A stretch of DNA of 64,000 bases from Sulfolobales archaeon (GCA_038867615.1 JAWBYA010000001.1:192001-256000), one strand, 5' to 3'. Counted from the stretch's first letter, positions 41,147 to 51,075 are shown. The notes: generated by a model from the letters alone, not told the origin. Program-made: numbers and translations.

Positions 41147-42151
41147 TTAGAGCTTCTCTTTCCTAAGATCTATCATGTCCTCTACATTCTCGCCAGTGCC
41201 TATGAGGGTTATTGGGACGCCTATCCTCTCCTCTAGATCTTCGATGAATCTGCGTGCTTCTTGGGGTAGTTTTCCCCATTCCCTAACCCCTCTAGCTTCT
41301 CTATACAGGGCGTCTAGCTTTGTTATAGCTACCTGGGTTGCTGAGTTGATTCTCACGGCTTTTCTGGCAAGTTCTATGTTGAAGGGTGCTACTCTTCTGA
41401 GCCTTCCTGTTACGGTTCCTCTTTCGATTAGGCCTAGTTTTTCAGCATCTTCGGGGCTTATCTCGCCCTCGAGAGGCCCTTCACCTACTCTTGTTACGAA
41501 TGATTTGAACACCACTATAACCTGGTCAACATGTTTTGGCCCAGCACCTATTTCTGACAAGATCCCTGCTGCTGATGTGTCTCTCGATGTTACGTAGGGG
41601 TAGGTTCCGTGGTAGAGGCTTAGAAAGAGTCCCTGTGTCCCTTCGACCAGGATCTCTTCTCCCCTCTCGATCATGTCGAGGATCTCTGGGGAGCTGTCGC
41701 AGATGAGATCCTCGATCTCTTTGAACTCCCATGCAAGCTTAAGCCTTCTAAGAACCCTCTCAGCCGTGGCAGCCCCTACCCCCTGGAACGTGGATCCTAT
41801 GCTTCTGAGCTTTTCATCAAGAGCCTCCATCTCGACGTGTCTCTTCTCTATAACGCCTGAGTATCTATCGACACATATCCTGCCCTGGGTTCTTGTCTCC
41901 TCGATCTCTTTTAAGAGGGTATCGATCCTTATGAGGGAGCCTCTGGCTATGAATAGCCTTATATCTTTATTTATGAATGTCGAGGGGACTAGCCTTAGCT
42001 TCCAAACCCTACCTCTATAGGTTAGAGTGTGTCCAGCATTAACACTCCCGGTCCTGATACTAGCACTATATCCTCCCCTGAGTCCTAGGTAGCCGGCTAC
42101 CTTACCCTTACCCTCGTCTCCGAAGAATCCTCCACATACTATTGTTATCAT
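41147..42151 (-). CDS. purA: adenylosuccinate synthetase (short archaeal type)
   Basis: GDEGKGK, NAGHT, EGTQG, YPYVTS, TRVG and GTVTGRLRR motifs. Confidence 0.97.
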   Translation of the reverse strand: MITIVCGGFFGDEGKGKVAGYLGLRGGYSASIRTGSVNAGHTLTYRGRVWKLRLVPSTFINKDIRLFIARGSLIRIDTLLKEIEETRTQGRICVDRYSGVIEKRHVEMEALDEKLRSIGSTFQGVGAATAERVLRRLKLAWEFKEIEDLICDSSPEILDMIERGEEILVEGTQGLFLSLYHGTYPYVTSRDTSAAGILSEIGAGPKHVDQVIVVFKSFVTRVGEGPLEGEISPEDAEKLGLIERGTVTGRLRRVAPFNIELARKAVRINSATQVAITKLDALYREARGVREWGKLPQEARRFIEDLEERIGVPITLIGTGENVEDMIDLRKEKL

Positions 42152-42152
42152 T

Positions 42153-43259
42153 CTACCCCAGCCTCACGCCGTGATCCCTATGATAGCTCTCTCTATGAGC
42201 CCCTGGTGCTAGGATAACAAACCTAGCCCTCTCCCACAGCTCCTCTATATTTCTAGCACCGACATATGAGAAGCCCGATCTCAGCCCGCTCACTATGTTT
42301 GAGACAACCTCGGCGACAACTCCTCTATATGGTACGAGCATCTCTATACCCTCTGCAGCATATGACGATAGATCCTCGGGATCCTGGTTATCTATAGATA
42401 CTCTCTGAAGGTATGAGGAATTACTAGCCATACCTCTATACAGCTTATACTTTCTACCATCGATCATAACGGGTTTTCCAGGAGCCTCCTCGGTTCCTGC
42501 TAATAGATAGCCTATCATCGCGCTCGAAGCCCCAGCCGCCAGTGCTTTAACAATATCGCCCGAGGATCTCATACCACCATCCGCTATGATCGGGACTCCG
42601 TAGGGTTTCGCAACGCTATATACATTCATGATCGCTGTGAGCTGGGGAACACCTACACCGGCAACGATTCTCGTGATACAGACATGCCCCGGACCTATAC
42701 CCACCTTGATCCCGTCTACATCTAGCTCGATAAGATCCCTTGCAGCCTCTCCTGTAGCTATGTTACCCACAACGATATCCACGGAATCGCTGATAACCTT
42801 CTTAATATTCCTCACAGCCTCGAAAACTGGTTTTGAATGAGCATGGGCGACATCAATCACTATAGCATCAACACCAGATCTATAGAGCCTCTCAGCCCTC
42901 TCCAGATAATCCCCCCTCACACCAACTGCAGCTGCTACGGCGAGCCTTCCATCAAGGCCTAGCGATTCGTTGCTCGATAATCCTACGGGTTGTTCTTTAA
43001 CCCTCTTCACCTCTTCCACCTGTCTATCGATCGGCATGAATCTATGTATAACACCTATCCCACCCATCCTGGCCATAGCTATAGCCATTCTCGATTCCGT
43101 CACACTATCCATTGCTGCACTTACTAACGGTATATTGATCCATATTCTTCTAGAGAACCTTGTTCTCAGCGACACCTCTGACCTTGAGTTAAGATCCGAG
43201 TAGCTAGGAACTAGAAGGACATCATCTAGGGAGAGACCATAGCCTATTACTTTGCCCAG
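42153..43259 (-). CDS. IMPDH/GMP reductase family enzyme without CBS domains, probably GMP reductase
   Basis: DDVLLVP (upstream of the listed ORF start), SAAMD, GIGPGHVCITR, ADGG and YRGMAS; no RY dyad in the flap. Confidence 0.85.
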   Translation of the reverse strand: MGKVIGYGLSLDDVLLVPSYSDLNSRSEVSLRTRFSRRIWINIPLVSAAMDSVTESRMAIAMARMGGIGVIHRFMPIDRQVEEVKRVKEQPVGLSSNESLGLDGRLAVAAAVGVRGDYLERAERLYRSGVDAIVIDVAHAHSKPVFEAVRNIKKVISDSVDIVVGNIATGEAARDLIELDVDGIKVGIGPGHVCITRIVAGVGVPQLTAIMNVYSVAKPYGVPIIADGGMRSSGDIVKALAAGASSAMIGYLLAGTEEAPGKPVMIDGRKYKLYRGMASNSSYLQRVSIDNQDPEDLSSYAAEGIEMLVPYRGVVAEVVSNIVSGLRSGFSYVGARNIEELWERARFVILAPGAHRESYHRDHGVRLG

Positions 43260-43407
43260 ATATCCCTAACAATCCTGTGTTTAAGGGGTATATAAATACT
43301 AGGCGAAAAAGATCTTTTTATTACCATGAAAAAGTAAAAACCTATCCCTTTCTATTAATAGCTACTTGGTATGCTATCTCAGCGGCTTTCTCGCCAGAGA
43401 GAAGCAT

Positions 43408-43970
43408 CTTTCAATTCTATAGTAGATCGACCCTGTGGGTTTGTTGATGACTGTTGAGCCCAGCTGCATAGGGCTTCTATCTATTGTGAGATCATTCCCT
43501 AGATGGGGTTCGGGCTTCATAGCGGTTGATTTTGCTTGATATCAACCGCTCAGCCCTTGGTTTCATAGGCCTCAGGGCCCCTTTCATTGGAGCCCTTATC
43601 ACTGGCCTCCACCCGTTCGGGGTGACCCCAACCCACAGCTTCCCTTCATTGCATTGCTCTGGTTCATTGCTGTGGGGAACCCCTGCATTTTGGATTTTAT
43701 TTAACCCGCCCCTCGGGTCTCTATCTCTATCCTCATTGTTGGGCGGCATCCCAGTGAAATATAAGAGCTTATATAAGGTTACATTACTGCAGAACTACGA
43801 GCTTAATATCAACCCCTATAAACCACCATGAAGCTCGAAGCAGCTGGCTACGGCTTGGAGCTATGCTCCCATCACCACCTAGAGTCAATATTGAGATCAA
43901 CTCATCACCAGAAACAATTTTAATCAGATATTATAAATCTTTACATAGGATATCAGTAAGAAAAACAGCC
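43408..43970 (-). repeat. family B unit B2, interrupted by element A2; repeat at 43408-43431
   Basis: Contains GTCGATCTACTATAGAATTGAAAG; the two halves rejoin at a GG when 43505-43853 is removed. Confidence 0.85.
43505..43853 (-). mobile_element. family A element, copy A2 (nested in B2)
   Basis: Full-length match to A1; GG at both ends and no longer target duplication. Confidence 0.88.
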
Positions 43971-44130
43971 TGTTATAATTATGTCGCCCTTCGAGTACTC
44001 CTTGATCATGTTGTGAAGGCTTCTGCGAAGATTCTCTTACTAGCTATGTCTTTCACTTCTAAGCCTTTCTTAGGGTATTTATAAGTATTCTATAGATAAT
44101 CTATTTATGGGTTCCTTTTTTAAAGCGGGA

Positions 44131-45384
44131 TCATACGGGTTTCATCAGGATCTTCTCTTCGTTGAGTAGGTAGGATGATGCTATGATCATTATTATTGAG
44201 AATACTGCTAGGGCTAGTAGGTGGGTCATAGATCCTGTTATATCTCCTAGGGAGAAGAGTCTTATGGCTAGCACTGAGTGTGTATATGGAAGGATCATCA
44301 TTGGTATGGATACGCTTGTGGGCAGCCTATCTATATCTACGAATAATGCTGAGAAGAAGATAGATGATGCTATAACCGTTATTATTGATGAGGCTATCTG
44401 GGCAGACCTTACAGTGGCGCTCCTAACTATGATTGGTAGTGAGAGTGCTAGTGTTGAGAGTATTGTTAGGTAGACTACGAAGGCGCTTAGAAGCACTAGC
44501 TGTGGATCGTAGACGCTTGTGCCAAGAGCTCCGTGGGCTAGGATCTGGAGGAAGATCACCACGGCTATGATCTCTATTGCTGCTGCGAATAACCCCACAA
44601 GAGAGCTTGAGAATGCTTTAGCTAGTATGAGATCCCGTCTCCTCAGCGGGGCCATTAGAAGCACCTCAAGGGTTCTCCTCTCCTTCTCACCAAGGATCGA
44701 GTCGACAACATATGTGGTTGCAGGTGTTGCTACAAATATTAGTGAGAATGCTAGTAGTCTTGCAACATAGATTCTCAAGGCTTGCTCGTATCCGATCTCC
44801 TCTCCAGTTGGTGTTATGTATGTTGTTAGAAGAACAACCACAGGATCCCTTATACTCTCGGGGTTAGCATTGATCTCTGCCCTCGATGCTAGGAGCCCGA
44901 TCTTGAGGTTTGATACGTGGGTTGAGAGTTCCTGTAGGACTGAATATAGATCTGAGAGAAGCCTGTCAGCCCTAGGAGACCCAGGGATCCTCTGGATCTC
45001 TACATATGCTCTATCAACTAGAGAGGATAGGTTTTTCGAGAACCCCTGGGGTATGATTAGCACAGCATCTATTGGGGAGCTAGTCTCACCAATATATACT
45101 GAGTAGCCCTTAGAAACCATGGATCTCGATATATATTCAGATATATCCGAAGACTCTATAGTGATATTCCCTATAGAGCCTGTCGAGCTATCCCTGTTAA
45201 CTATAAGCAGGGCTCCCTGCTCGAGGGATTGTAGATAGGTGCTCATAAAGCCTAGGAGGGGTAGCATGATGAGGGGCAGGGCTCCCAGGGCTGCTAGGGT
45301 TCTATAATCCCTCACAAGCTCTAGGAACTCCTTCCATATTAGGGGTCTCATGCCCATAGATCTATCCCCCAGATCTTGATACAA
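44131..45384 (-). CDS. ABC-2 permease (NatB-like)
   Basis: KEFLELVRD, extracellular loop, GEKERRTLEVLLMAP. Confidence 0.88.
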   Translation of the reverse strand: MYQDLGDRSMGMRPLIWKEFLELVRDYRTLAALGALPLIMLPLLGFMSTYLQSLEQGALLIVNRDSSTGSIGNITIESSDISEYISRSMVSKGYSVYIGETSSPIDAVLIIPQGFSKNLSSLVDRAYVEIQRIPGSPRADRLLSDLYSVLQELSTHVSNLKIGLLASRAEINANPESIRDPVVVLLTTYITPTGEEIGYEQALRIYVARLLAFSLIFVATPATTYVVDSILGEKERRTLEVLLMAPLRRRDLILAKAFSSSLVGLFAAAIEIIAVVIFLQILAHGALGTSVYDPQLVLLSAFVVYLTILSTLALSLPIIVRSATVRSAQIASSIITVIASSIFFSALFVDIDRLPTSVSIPMMILPYTHSVLAIRLFSLGDITGSMTHLLALAVFSIIMIIASSYLLNEEKILMKPV

Positions 45385-46108
45385 GGCTTACGAAAGACTC
45401 CTCGAGATTCTTAGCACCCGTGATCCTCTTTATCTCCTCCACACTACCCTCACCAACGATGACACCGTTGTTTATTAAGGCAACCCTATCGCATAGATAT
45501 TCCACTTCAAACATGTTATGGCTTGAAAGGATAACAGAGGATCCGGTGGGTTTTGAGTACTCTTTAATAGCCTCTCTAACCTGTAGCGATGAGAATACAT
45601 CAAGGCCTGATGTTGGCTCGTCTAGAATTGCTAGGCGTGGCTCTGACATGAATACCCTTGCTATTAGCAACCTCCTCCTCATCCCCTTACTATATGTTCC
45701 AGCCCTCCTCCTTAGGTCGTTTATAGAGAGTCCGGAGATCCTGATCCCTATATCTAGGGCCTTCTCAACATCGAGGCCATAGAGCTCTGCGAAGAATCTC
45801 AGATACTCTAGACCACTTAGCCTCGAATACACATCAGCCTCTTCCGGGAGATAGCTTATCCTTCTCCTAATACTCGGCAGATCCCTATTCTCCCTCAGAT
45901 CTACGCCCAAGATCCTCACACTACCCGAGGTGGGTTTAGCAAGGGTTGCCGCTATCCTTAGCGTTGTTGTCTTCCCAGCACCGTTAGGCCCTACGAGACA
46001 ATAGATCTCTCCAGGCGCTACCCTAAAGCTAATACCCCTCAGAACCTCCCTAGATCCATAGCTCTTCCTGACATCGATAAACTCAACCACATTCTCCACA
46101 ACAGGCAC
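45362..46108 (-). CDS. ABC ATP-binding protein (NatA-like)
   Basis: GPNGAGKT, YSKGM, LDEPTSGLD and SSHNM motifs. Confidence 0.93.
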   Translation of the reverse strand: MPVVENVVEFIDVRKSYGSREVLRGISFRVAPGEIYCLVGPNGAGKTTTLRIAATLAKPTSGSVRILGVDLRENRDLPSIRRRISYLPEEADVYSRLSGLEYLRFFAELYGLDVEKALDIGIRISGLSINDLRRRAGTYSKGMRRRLLIARVFMSEPRLAILDEPTSGLDVFSSLQVREAIKEYSKPTGSSVILSSHNMFEVEYLCDRVALINNGVIVGEGSVEEIKRITGAKNLEESFVSLVSRSGG

Positions 46109-46168
46109 TCATGATTAGTAATACATGCGATAATATATAGGGTTCCTCCATATAATATTGGTGATCCT

Positions 46169-46432
46169 TTGGGAGAGGTGGAGGAACCGCCTGAGGATCT
46201 CATAGAGGGTTTGAAGAGCATTATAAAGATAGTTAAGGAGTCTAGGAAGCATATTGGAGAGGATAGATGGAGCACGATCGAAGAGGATCTAGTGATGCTG
46301 ATATCAGATATACTCCACGCATGGATGGAGAAGAACAACATAGATCCCGACAAAGCCACCGTGAGAATCGAGGTTGAGGAGGAGGAAATAGAGGTAGAGA
46401 TCCCGAGAAGAATCACAAGGTTTAGAATGTAA
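46169..46432 (+). CDS. small acidic hypothetical protein
   Basis: 87-aa ORF with GGTGA SD-like site and TATA upstream; host-like codon usage. Confidence 0.65.
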   Translation: MGEVEEPPEDLIEGLKSIIKIVKESRKHIGEDRWSTIEEDLVMLISDILHAWMEKNNIDPDKATVRIEVEEEEIEVEIPRRITRFRM

Positions 46433-46465
46433 CAGCTAGTATACCAAGAATCGCGGGAGCCGTGG

Positions 46466-46969
46466 ATGGCGTGTCGATTACCTAGAGAGCCAGGTGTATA
46501 TATTATCATCATAAGAGTTGGCAGAGATACTAGTATAACTACACACGGTGGAAAGAGATTCACTATCCCATCTGGCGTGTACCTCTATATAGGGTCAGCA
46601 ATGGGTAAGGGAGGTATATATAGAAGGGTTGCAAGACATATAAACAAACCCAGATCTCTCTTCTGGCATATTGATTATCTATTGCATCAACAATCCACAG
46701 AAATCCTGGGGATCCTTTACAAGACGCATGAGGATCGAGAGGATTACGAGGCAAGACTAGCCCTAGCCTTTAAAGAGATCTTCACAGGAATCCCTGGTTT
46801 TGGGTGTAGCGACAAACCCGAGGACTATTCCCACCTATACCTATGCGGCTACTCCGAGGATGAATGTCTAGAGAGGATAAATGAGACGGGCATAGCTGAT
46901 CTAACTTATTGCCGTATAAACGATCTTGCAGGCGTCTCGAACATATCCCACAGATCCCGATCCCTATAG
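46466..46969 (+). CDS. GIY-YIG (Uri superfamily, DUF123) nuclease-like protein
   Basis: GVY..., YLYIGSA, RVARH, WHIDYL and GFGCSD motifs. Confidence 0.9.
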   Translation: MACRLPREPGVYIIIIRVGRDTSITTHGGKRFTIPSGVYLYIGSAMGKGGIYRRVARHINKPRSLFWHIDYLLHQQSTEILGILYKTHEDREDYEARLALAFKEIFTGIPGFGCSDKPEDYSHLYLCGYSEDECLERINETGIADLTYCRINDLAGVSNISHRSRSL

Positions 46970-47135
46970 ATCTGTGATGCAGAGACACGCCCAGACTTGA
47001 TATAAGGGAGCATAAAATAACAACAATCGATACCCAGAGACAAACCATATCGAGGAGCGGTTTGTCTAAAAACATCAGATCCTTTTGGATATTGCTATAC
47101 CAACCCAGCTTGCTACTAGTCCAAACAATAATCCC

Positions 47136-47355
47136 TTTTCAATTCTATAGTAGATCGATCCCATGGGTTTATGGGCTGCCGTCGAGCCAAACAGCACTTG
47201 ACTCCCATCTAGGTTTAAGGGATCATCCCCCGGATGGCTCGGAGCATTGCTCCCATCACCACCCAGAATCAACATGGAGATCAACTCATCACCAAAAACA
47301 ATTCCAACCATAAGATTATAAATCTTTCCCACGAATATTAAAAAGAAAACAGCCC
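47136..47355 (-). repeat. family B unit B3; repeat at 47136-47159
   Basis: ATCGATCTACTATAGAATTGAAAA; body aligns with B1, B2 and 21609-21661. Confidence 0.85.
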
Positions 47356-47483
47356 AGAGCCTATCCCAAGAAAAGCTCCTATACCGCCGGCTAATCCTGT
47401 TAATACTCTGTCTCGGGTGCTTCTCACAAGCTCCTTGGATGCGATAGCACGCTACCCCTGCTTTAAGTCTTTTAGGTATATTT

Positions 47484-48641
47484 TTATAGTAACCATTTGG
47501 CTCCGTGTCTCAGTAGGTGTTTTGATATAACTAGCTTCAGGATCTCGTTTGTCCCCTCGCCTATTTCGAGGAGTTTTGAGTCTCTATAGATCCTCTCGAC
47601 GTTGCTTTCCTTACTATACCCATAGCCCCCCATGAGTCTTACAGCCTCGTTAGCAACCCTCACACTGGCTTGGGATGAGTGGAGCTTTGTGACGGCAGCC
47701 ATTACTGGGAAGTCCTCTGATCCTTTTCTATAGAGCTCTGCAGCCCTGTATACAAGGGATCTTGAGCTCTCTATAAGTGTATAGAGATCTGCTAGTGTGA
47801 ACTGGATCGCCTGGAACTCTATAACAGGCTTTTCGAAAGCTATCCTCTGTGTTAGGAATGAGTATGCCTCCTCATAGGCAGCCTCGGCTAACCCTACTCC
47901 TAGAGCGCTTATTGCAACCCTGCCCACGTTGAGAGCATCCATAGCTACTTTAAAGCCTTCCCGGGGAGGTGCTATGATATCGTCATCTCCTGCTCTGCAC
48001 TCATCTATAACAACCTCAGCTGTTCCCGTACCTCTAAAGCCCATAACCTCTATGGGGTTTGTCTTTATACAGCTGCTTCTCTTTAGCAGAACCGCGGCTA
48101 TATTCCTATGCCTCTCACTCCTAGGCCCGGTTCTCCCGAACACTATGAAGTAGTCAGCATAAAGCCCCTGGGTTATCCAGGTTTTTGTACCCTTGACAAC
48201 CCACTCTCCCCCCTGTCTCTCTATGCTTGTCTCTATGTTGGCGGCATCGCTCCCACAGCAAGGCTCGCTGAGGGCGAAGGATCCTATAGCATCGCCGGAA
48301 GCTAGTTTTGGGATAACCTCCTCAGCAACCCTCTTGGAAGCATTGCTGACAAGGATATGGGTTACAAGTGTTCCCTGAACCTCAGATATAAGGGCAACAG
48401 AGCCGCTGAACCTAGCAAGCTCTTCCAAGACCACAGAGACTCCTAGGAGGTCTAGACCAGCTCCCCCAAGATCTTCTGGGACGTTTGGCGCCAGTATCCC
48501 CATCCTACCCATCTCCCTGACAAGCTCCCTCGGGTACCAGTTCTCGGCATCTATCTTTCTAGCGAGTGGGACGACATGTTTTGAGGCAAACTCTCTAACG
48601 CTCTTCCTAAGAATCAATAGATCTTCCTCCACGCAATCCAC
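47484..48641 (-). CDS. acyl-CoA dehydrogenase
   Basis: FALSEPCCGSD, GTKTWITQG, MGGYGY and IGEGTNEI motifs. Confidence 0.95.
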   Translation of the reverse strand: MDCVEEDLLILRKSVREFASKHVVPLARKIDAENWYPRELVREMGRMGILAPNVPEDLGGAGLDLLGVSVVLEELARFSGSVALISEVQGTLVTHILVSNASKRVAEEVIPKLASGDAIGSFALSEPCCGSDAANIETSIERQGGEWVVKGTKTWITQGLYADYFIVFGRTGPRSERHRNIAAVLLKRSSCIKTNPIEVMGFRGTGTAEVVIDECRAGDDDIIAPPREGFKVAMDALNVGRVAISALGVGLAEAAYEEAYSFLTQRIAFEKPVIEFQAIQFTLADLYTLIESSRSLVYRAAELYRKGSEDFPVMAAVTKLHSSQASVRVANEAVRLMGGYGYSKESNVERIYRDSKLLEIGEGTNEILKLVISKHLLRHGAKWLL

Positions 48642-48828
48642 CCATGTCTAGTACGTTAGGGAGGCTATATGATTCCTTTAACACGTTTCGATCGATATTT
48701 TGGCTTTATAATGCTAGCATGACTAGCTCTTATCATACAAGCCAGCGATCGGATCTCCGACCAATATAGAATCTTTAGAGTGTTGCTTATTAGTTCGCAC
48801 TGTAAATTATCTAGCAGAGCGTGTCCTC

Positions 48829-49338
48829 ATGCCGAGGATCAGGGTTGTGAGGCTCCATGTGCAGGGAGGTAAGGCGTCGCCAGCACCGCCGCTCGGGCCT
48901 ACTCTGCAACAGCTAGGGTTAGATCCCGCGAAGGTTGTTGATGATATTAACAAAGCTACAAAGCCCTATGAGGGGTATGAGGTGAGGGTCGACGTGATCG
49001 TTGATCTTGATACTCTTCACTACGATCTCAGGGTTAAGCTACCAACCACTACGAGCTTGCTCTTAAAAGCTGTTGGTGCGGAAGCACCGTCGGGGGATCC
49101 TGCTCATAAGAAGATCGGGGATCTGAGTCTCGAGAAGATCGTGGAGATAGCTATTATTAAGAAACCGGAGCTCAATGCCAAGAGTCTGAAAGCCGCTGTG
49201 AAAACGATTCTTGGGAGTGCTAAGAGCATTGGGATCACTGTTGAGGGGAAAGACCCTAAGGAGGTTCAGGCAGAGATAGATAGAGGTCTTCACGATTCAT
49301 TATTGCTTAAATATGAGGATAGGTGGAGATCTCAGTAG
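48829..49338 (+). CDS. rpl11: 50S ribosomal protein L11
   Basis: [12 protein letters not shown] and GSAKSIGI motifs. Confidence 0.97.
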   Translation: MPRIRVVRLHVQGGKASPAPPLGPTLQQLGLDPAKVVDDINKATKPYEGYEVRVDVIVDLDTLHYDLRVKLPTTTSLLLKAVGAEAPSGDPAHKKIGDLSLEKIVEIAIIKKPELNAKSLKAAVKTILGSAKSIGITVEGKDPKEVQAEIDRGLHDSLLLKYEDRWRSQ

Positions 49339-50000
49339 GAGGGGTAGTGCTTATGCTGTCAAAAGAGATCCTTGTGCAGAGAATAGCTGAGGCGATCAAG
49401 ATAGGCTCTGGAAGGAGGTTTAAACAAAGCGTTGAGCTGGTTGTTGTTTTCAAAGGAATCGATCCCAAATCCCCTAAGGCGAGGTTCAGAGACGCGGTGT
49501 ATCTACCCAAGGGGCTTGGGAAGAGCTCGTATATATGTGTAGTAGCAGATGGTGACACCCTTATAAGGGCTAGGAATGCTGGTGTAGATCTCGCGATCTC
49601 TAGGGAGGAGCTCCAGAAGCTCAGCAAGAAGCAGGCTAAGGCTATAGCCTCTAAGTGTGACTGGATCCTTGTGAGAACGGACCTCATGGGTCTTGCCGGA
49701 AGGATCCTGGGACCAGCCCTCGGACCTAGGGGGAAGGCGCCGACGCCTCTTGATGTGAACGCAGATATAGCTTCTCTGGTCAAGTACTATAGATCAGTTA
49801 CAAGGCTTAGGAACAAAGAGCAGCCCTTCGTCTCAGGGATTATAGGGAGAGAGGATATGAATCCCGAGGATCTTGCTGAGAACGCCCTCGCAGTGCTCGG
49901 CTTTATAGAGAATAAGCTGGAAGAGCCTTTATCGGTTGCTGTTAAGAAGATTATTGTTAAAACAACCATGGGTGTACCGGTAGAGGTGCCTGTTCAATGA
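49323..50000 (+). CDS. rpl1: 50S ribosomal protein L1 (start probably at MLSKE)
   Basis: [17 protein letters not shown] and KTTMG motifs. Confidence 0.96.
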   Translation: MEISVGGVVLMLSKEILVQRIAEAIKIGSGRRFKQSVELVVVFKGIDPKSPKARFRDAVYLPKGLGKSSYICVVADGDTLIRARNAGVDLAISREELQKLSKKQAKAIASKCDWILVRTDLMGLAGRILGPALGPRGKAPTPLDVNADIASLVKYYRSVTRLRNKEQPFVSGIIGREDMNPEDLAENALAVLGFIENKLEEPLSVAVKKIIVKTTMGVPVEVPVQ

Positions 50001-51064
50001 GGGGTAGGACTAGGAGGCTTTATGAGAAAGCCCTTAAAGATATGAAAAGGGCTAGAGAGGAGCGTGTTAGGAAGTCTATTGAGGCTAAAGCCGCCCTTGC
50101 CGAAGAGATCAAGAAGATCCTTAGGGGCTCTAGGAGCTTTGTCGTGATCTCAGCAACGAGGCTGCCGGGATCACAGTTCCTAGAGATCAAGAGGAAGCTT
50201 GAGGCCAAGGGGCTTAGGGTAAACATGATCAAGGGGAAGGTTTTCCTCAAAGCAGCAGCAGATCTAGGGCTGAAGGGCGTTGAGAAGATGGAGCCAATGG
50301 TGACTAACCCAAGCATATTCATATTCTCATCAGATCATAACGTGTTCGAGCTAGGAGAGATTGTGAGGAGCATAAAGGCATATAGAAAGGCTAAGCCTGG
50401 TGATAAAACTGACGCGGAGATCGTGATCCCAGCCGGGCCTACCGGTATACCTCCAGGGCCTATGATAAGCGTCTTCGGCAGGCTAAAGATCCCTGTACAG
50501 CCGAGGGGCTCAGAGATCCATGTGATCAGGGATACGGTTGTGGCAAAACCAGGGCAGGAGATAAGCCCTGAGCTAGCCTCACTGCTAAACAAGCTTGGCA
50601 TAACACCGTTCATAGTTAAACCCAACCTTGTGTTCGGCTATGAGGATGGCTTAGTAATACCTGGGGAGAACCTGGTTCTCGACATAGAGGGGACTAGGAA
50701 GACGCTTATAGACGCTATATCGAGGGGCTATGCACTGGCAACAGAGCTCGTGATCCCAGATAAGATCGTTATGGAGATGGTGATTAGAAAAGCCTATATG
50801 AGAGCCCTCTCGATCTCGACGGAAATCGGGCTGGTTACTCCGGAGAGCGCTCCAGAGATTATTAGGAGAGCATATGCTAAAGCTCTAGCCCTAGCCCAAG
50901 CCCTCCAGGGATCCGTGGATCTAGGGTTAAAGGTAGTGGCAGAGACCAAGGCTCAGGAGCAGGCTAAGAAGGAGGAGAAGAAAGAGCCAGCAGAGGAGGA
51001 GAAGGAGAAGAAAGAGGTTAGTGAGGAAGAGTTAGAACAGGGTCTCTCAGCGCTCTTCGGCTAG
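49997..51064 (+). CDS. rpl10: 50S ribosomal protein L10 (P0)
   Basis: AKPGD, GPTGIPPGP and an acidic tail ending GLSALFG. Confidence 0.96.
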   Translation: MRGRTRRLYEKALKDMKRAREERVRKSIEAKAALAEEIKKILRGSRSFVVISATRLPGSQFLEIKRKLEAKGLRVNMIKGKVFLKAAADLGLKGVEKMEPMVTNPSIFIFSSDHNVFELGEIVRSIKAYRKAKPGDKTDAEIVIPAGPTGIPPGPMISVFGRLKIPVQPRGSEIHVIRDTVVAKPGQEISPELASLLNKLGITPFIVKPNLVFGYEDGLVIPGENLVLDIEGTRKTLIDAISRGYALATELVIPDKIVMEMVIRKAYMRALSISTEIGLVTPESAPEIIRRAYAKALALAQALQGSVDLGLKVVAETKAQEQAKKEEKKEPAEEEKEKKEVSEEELEQGLSALFG

Positions 51065-51075
51065 CCCGCTCAAAA

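Noticed and set aside
40908-47159. Canonical CRISPR array or cas locus
   Set aside because: The repeats are kilobases apart with no regular period, and there are no cas ORFs in the window.
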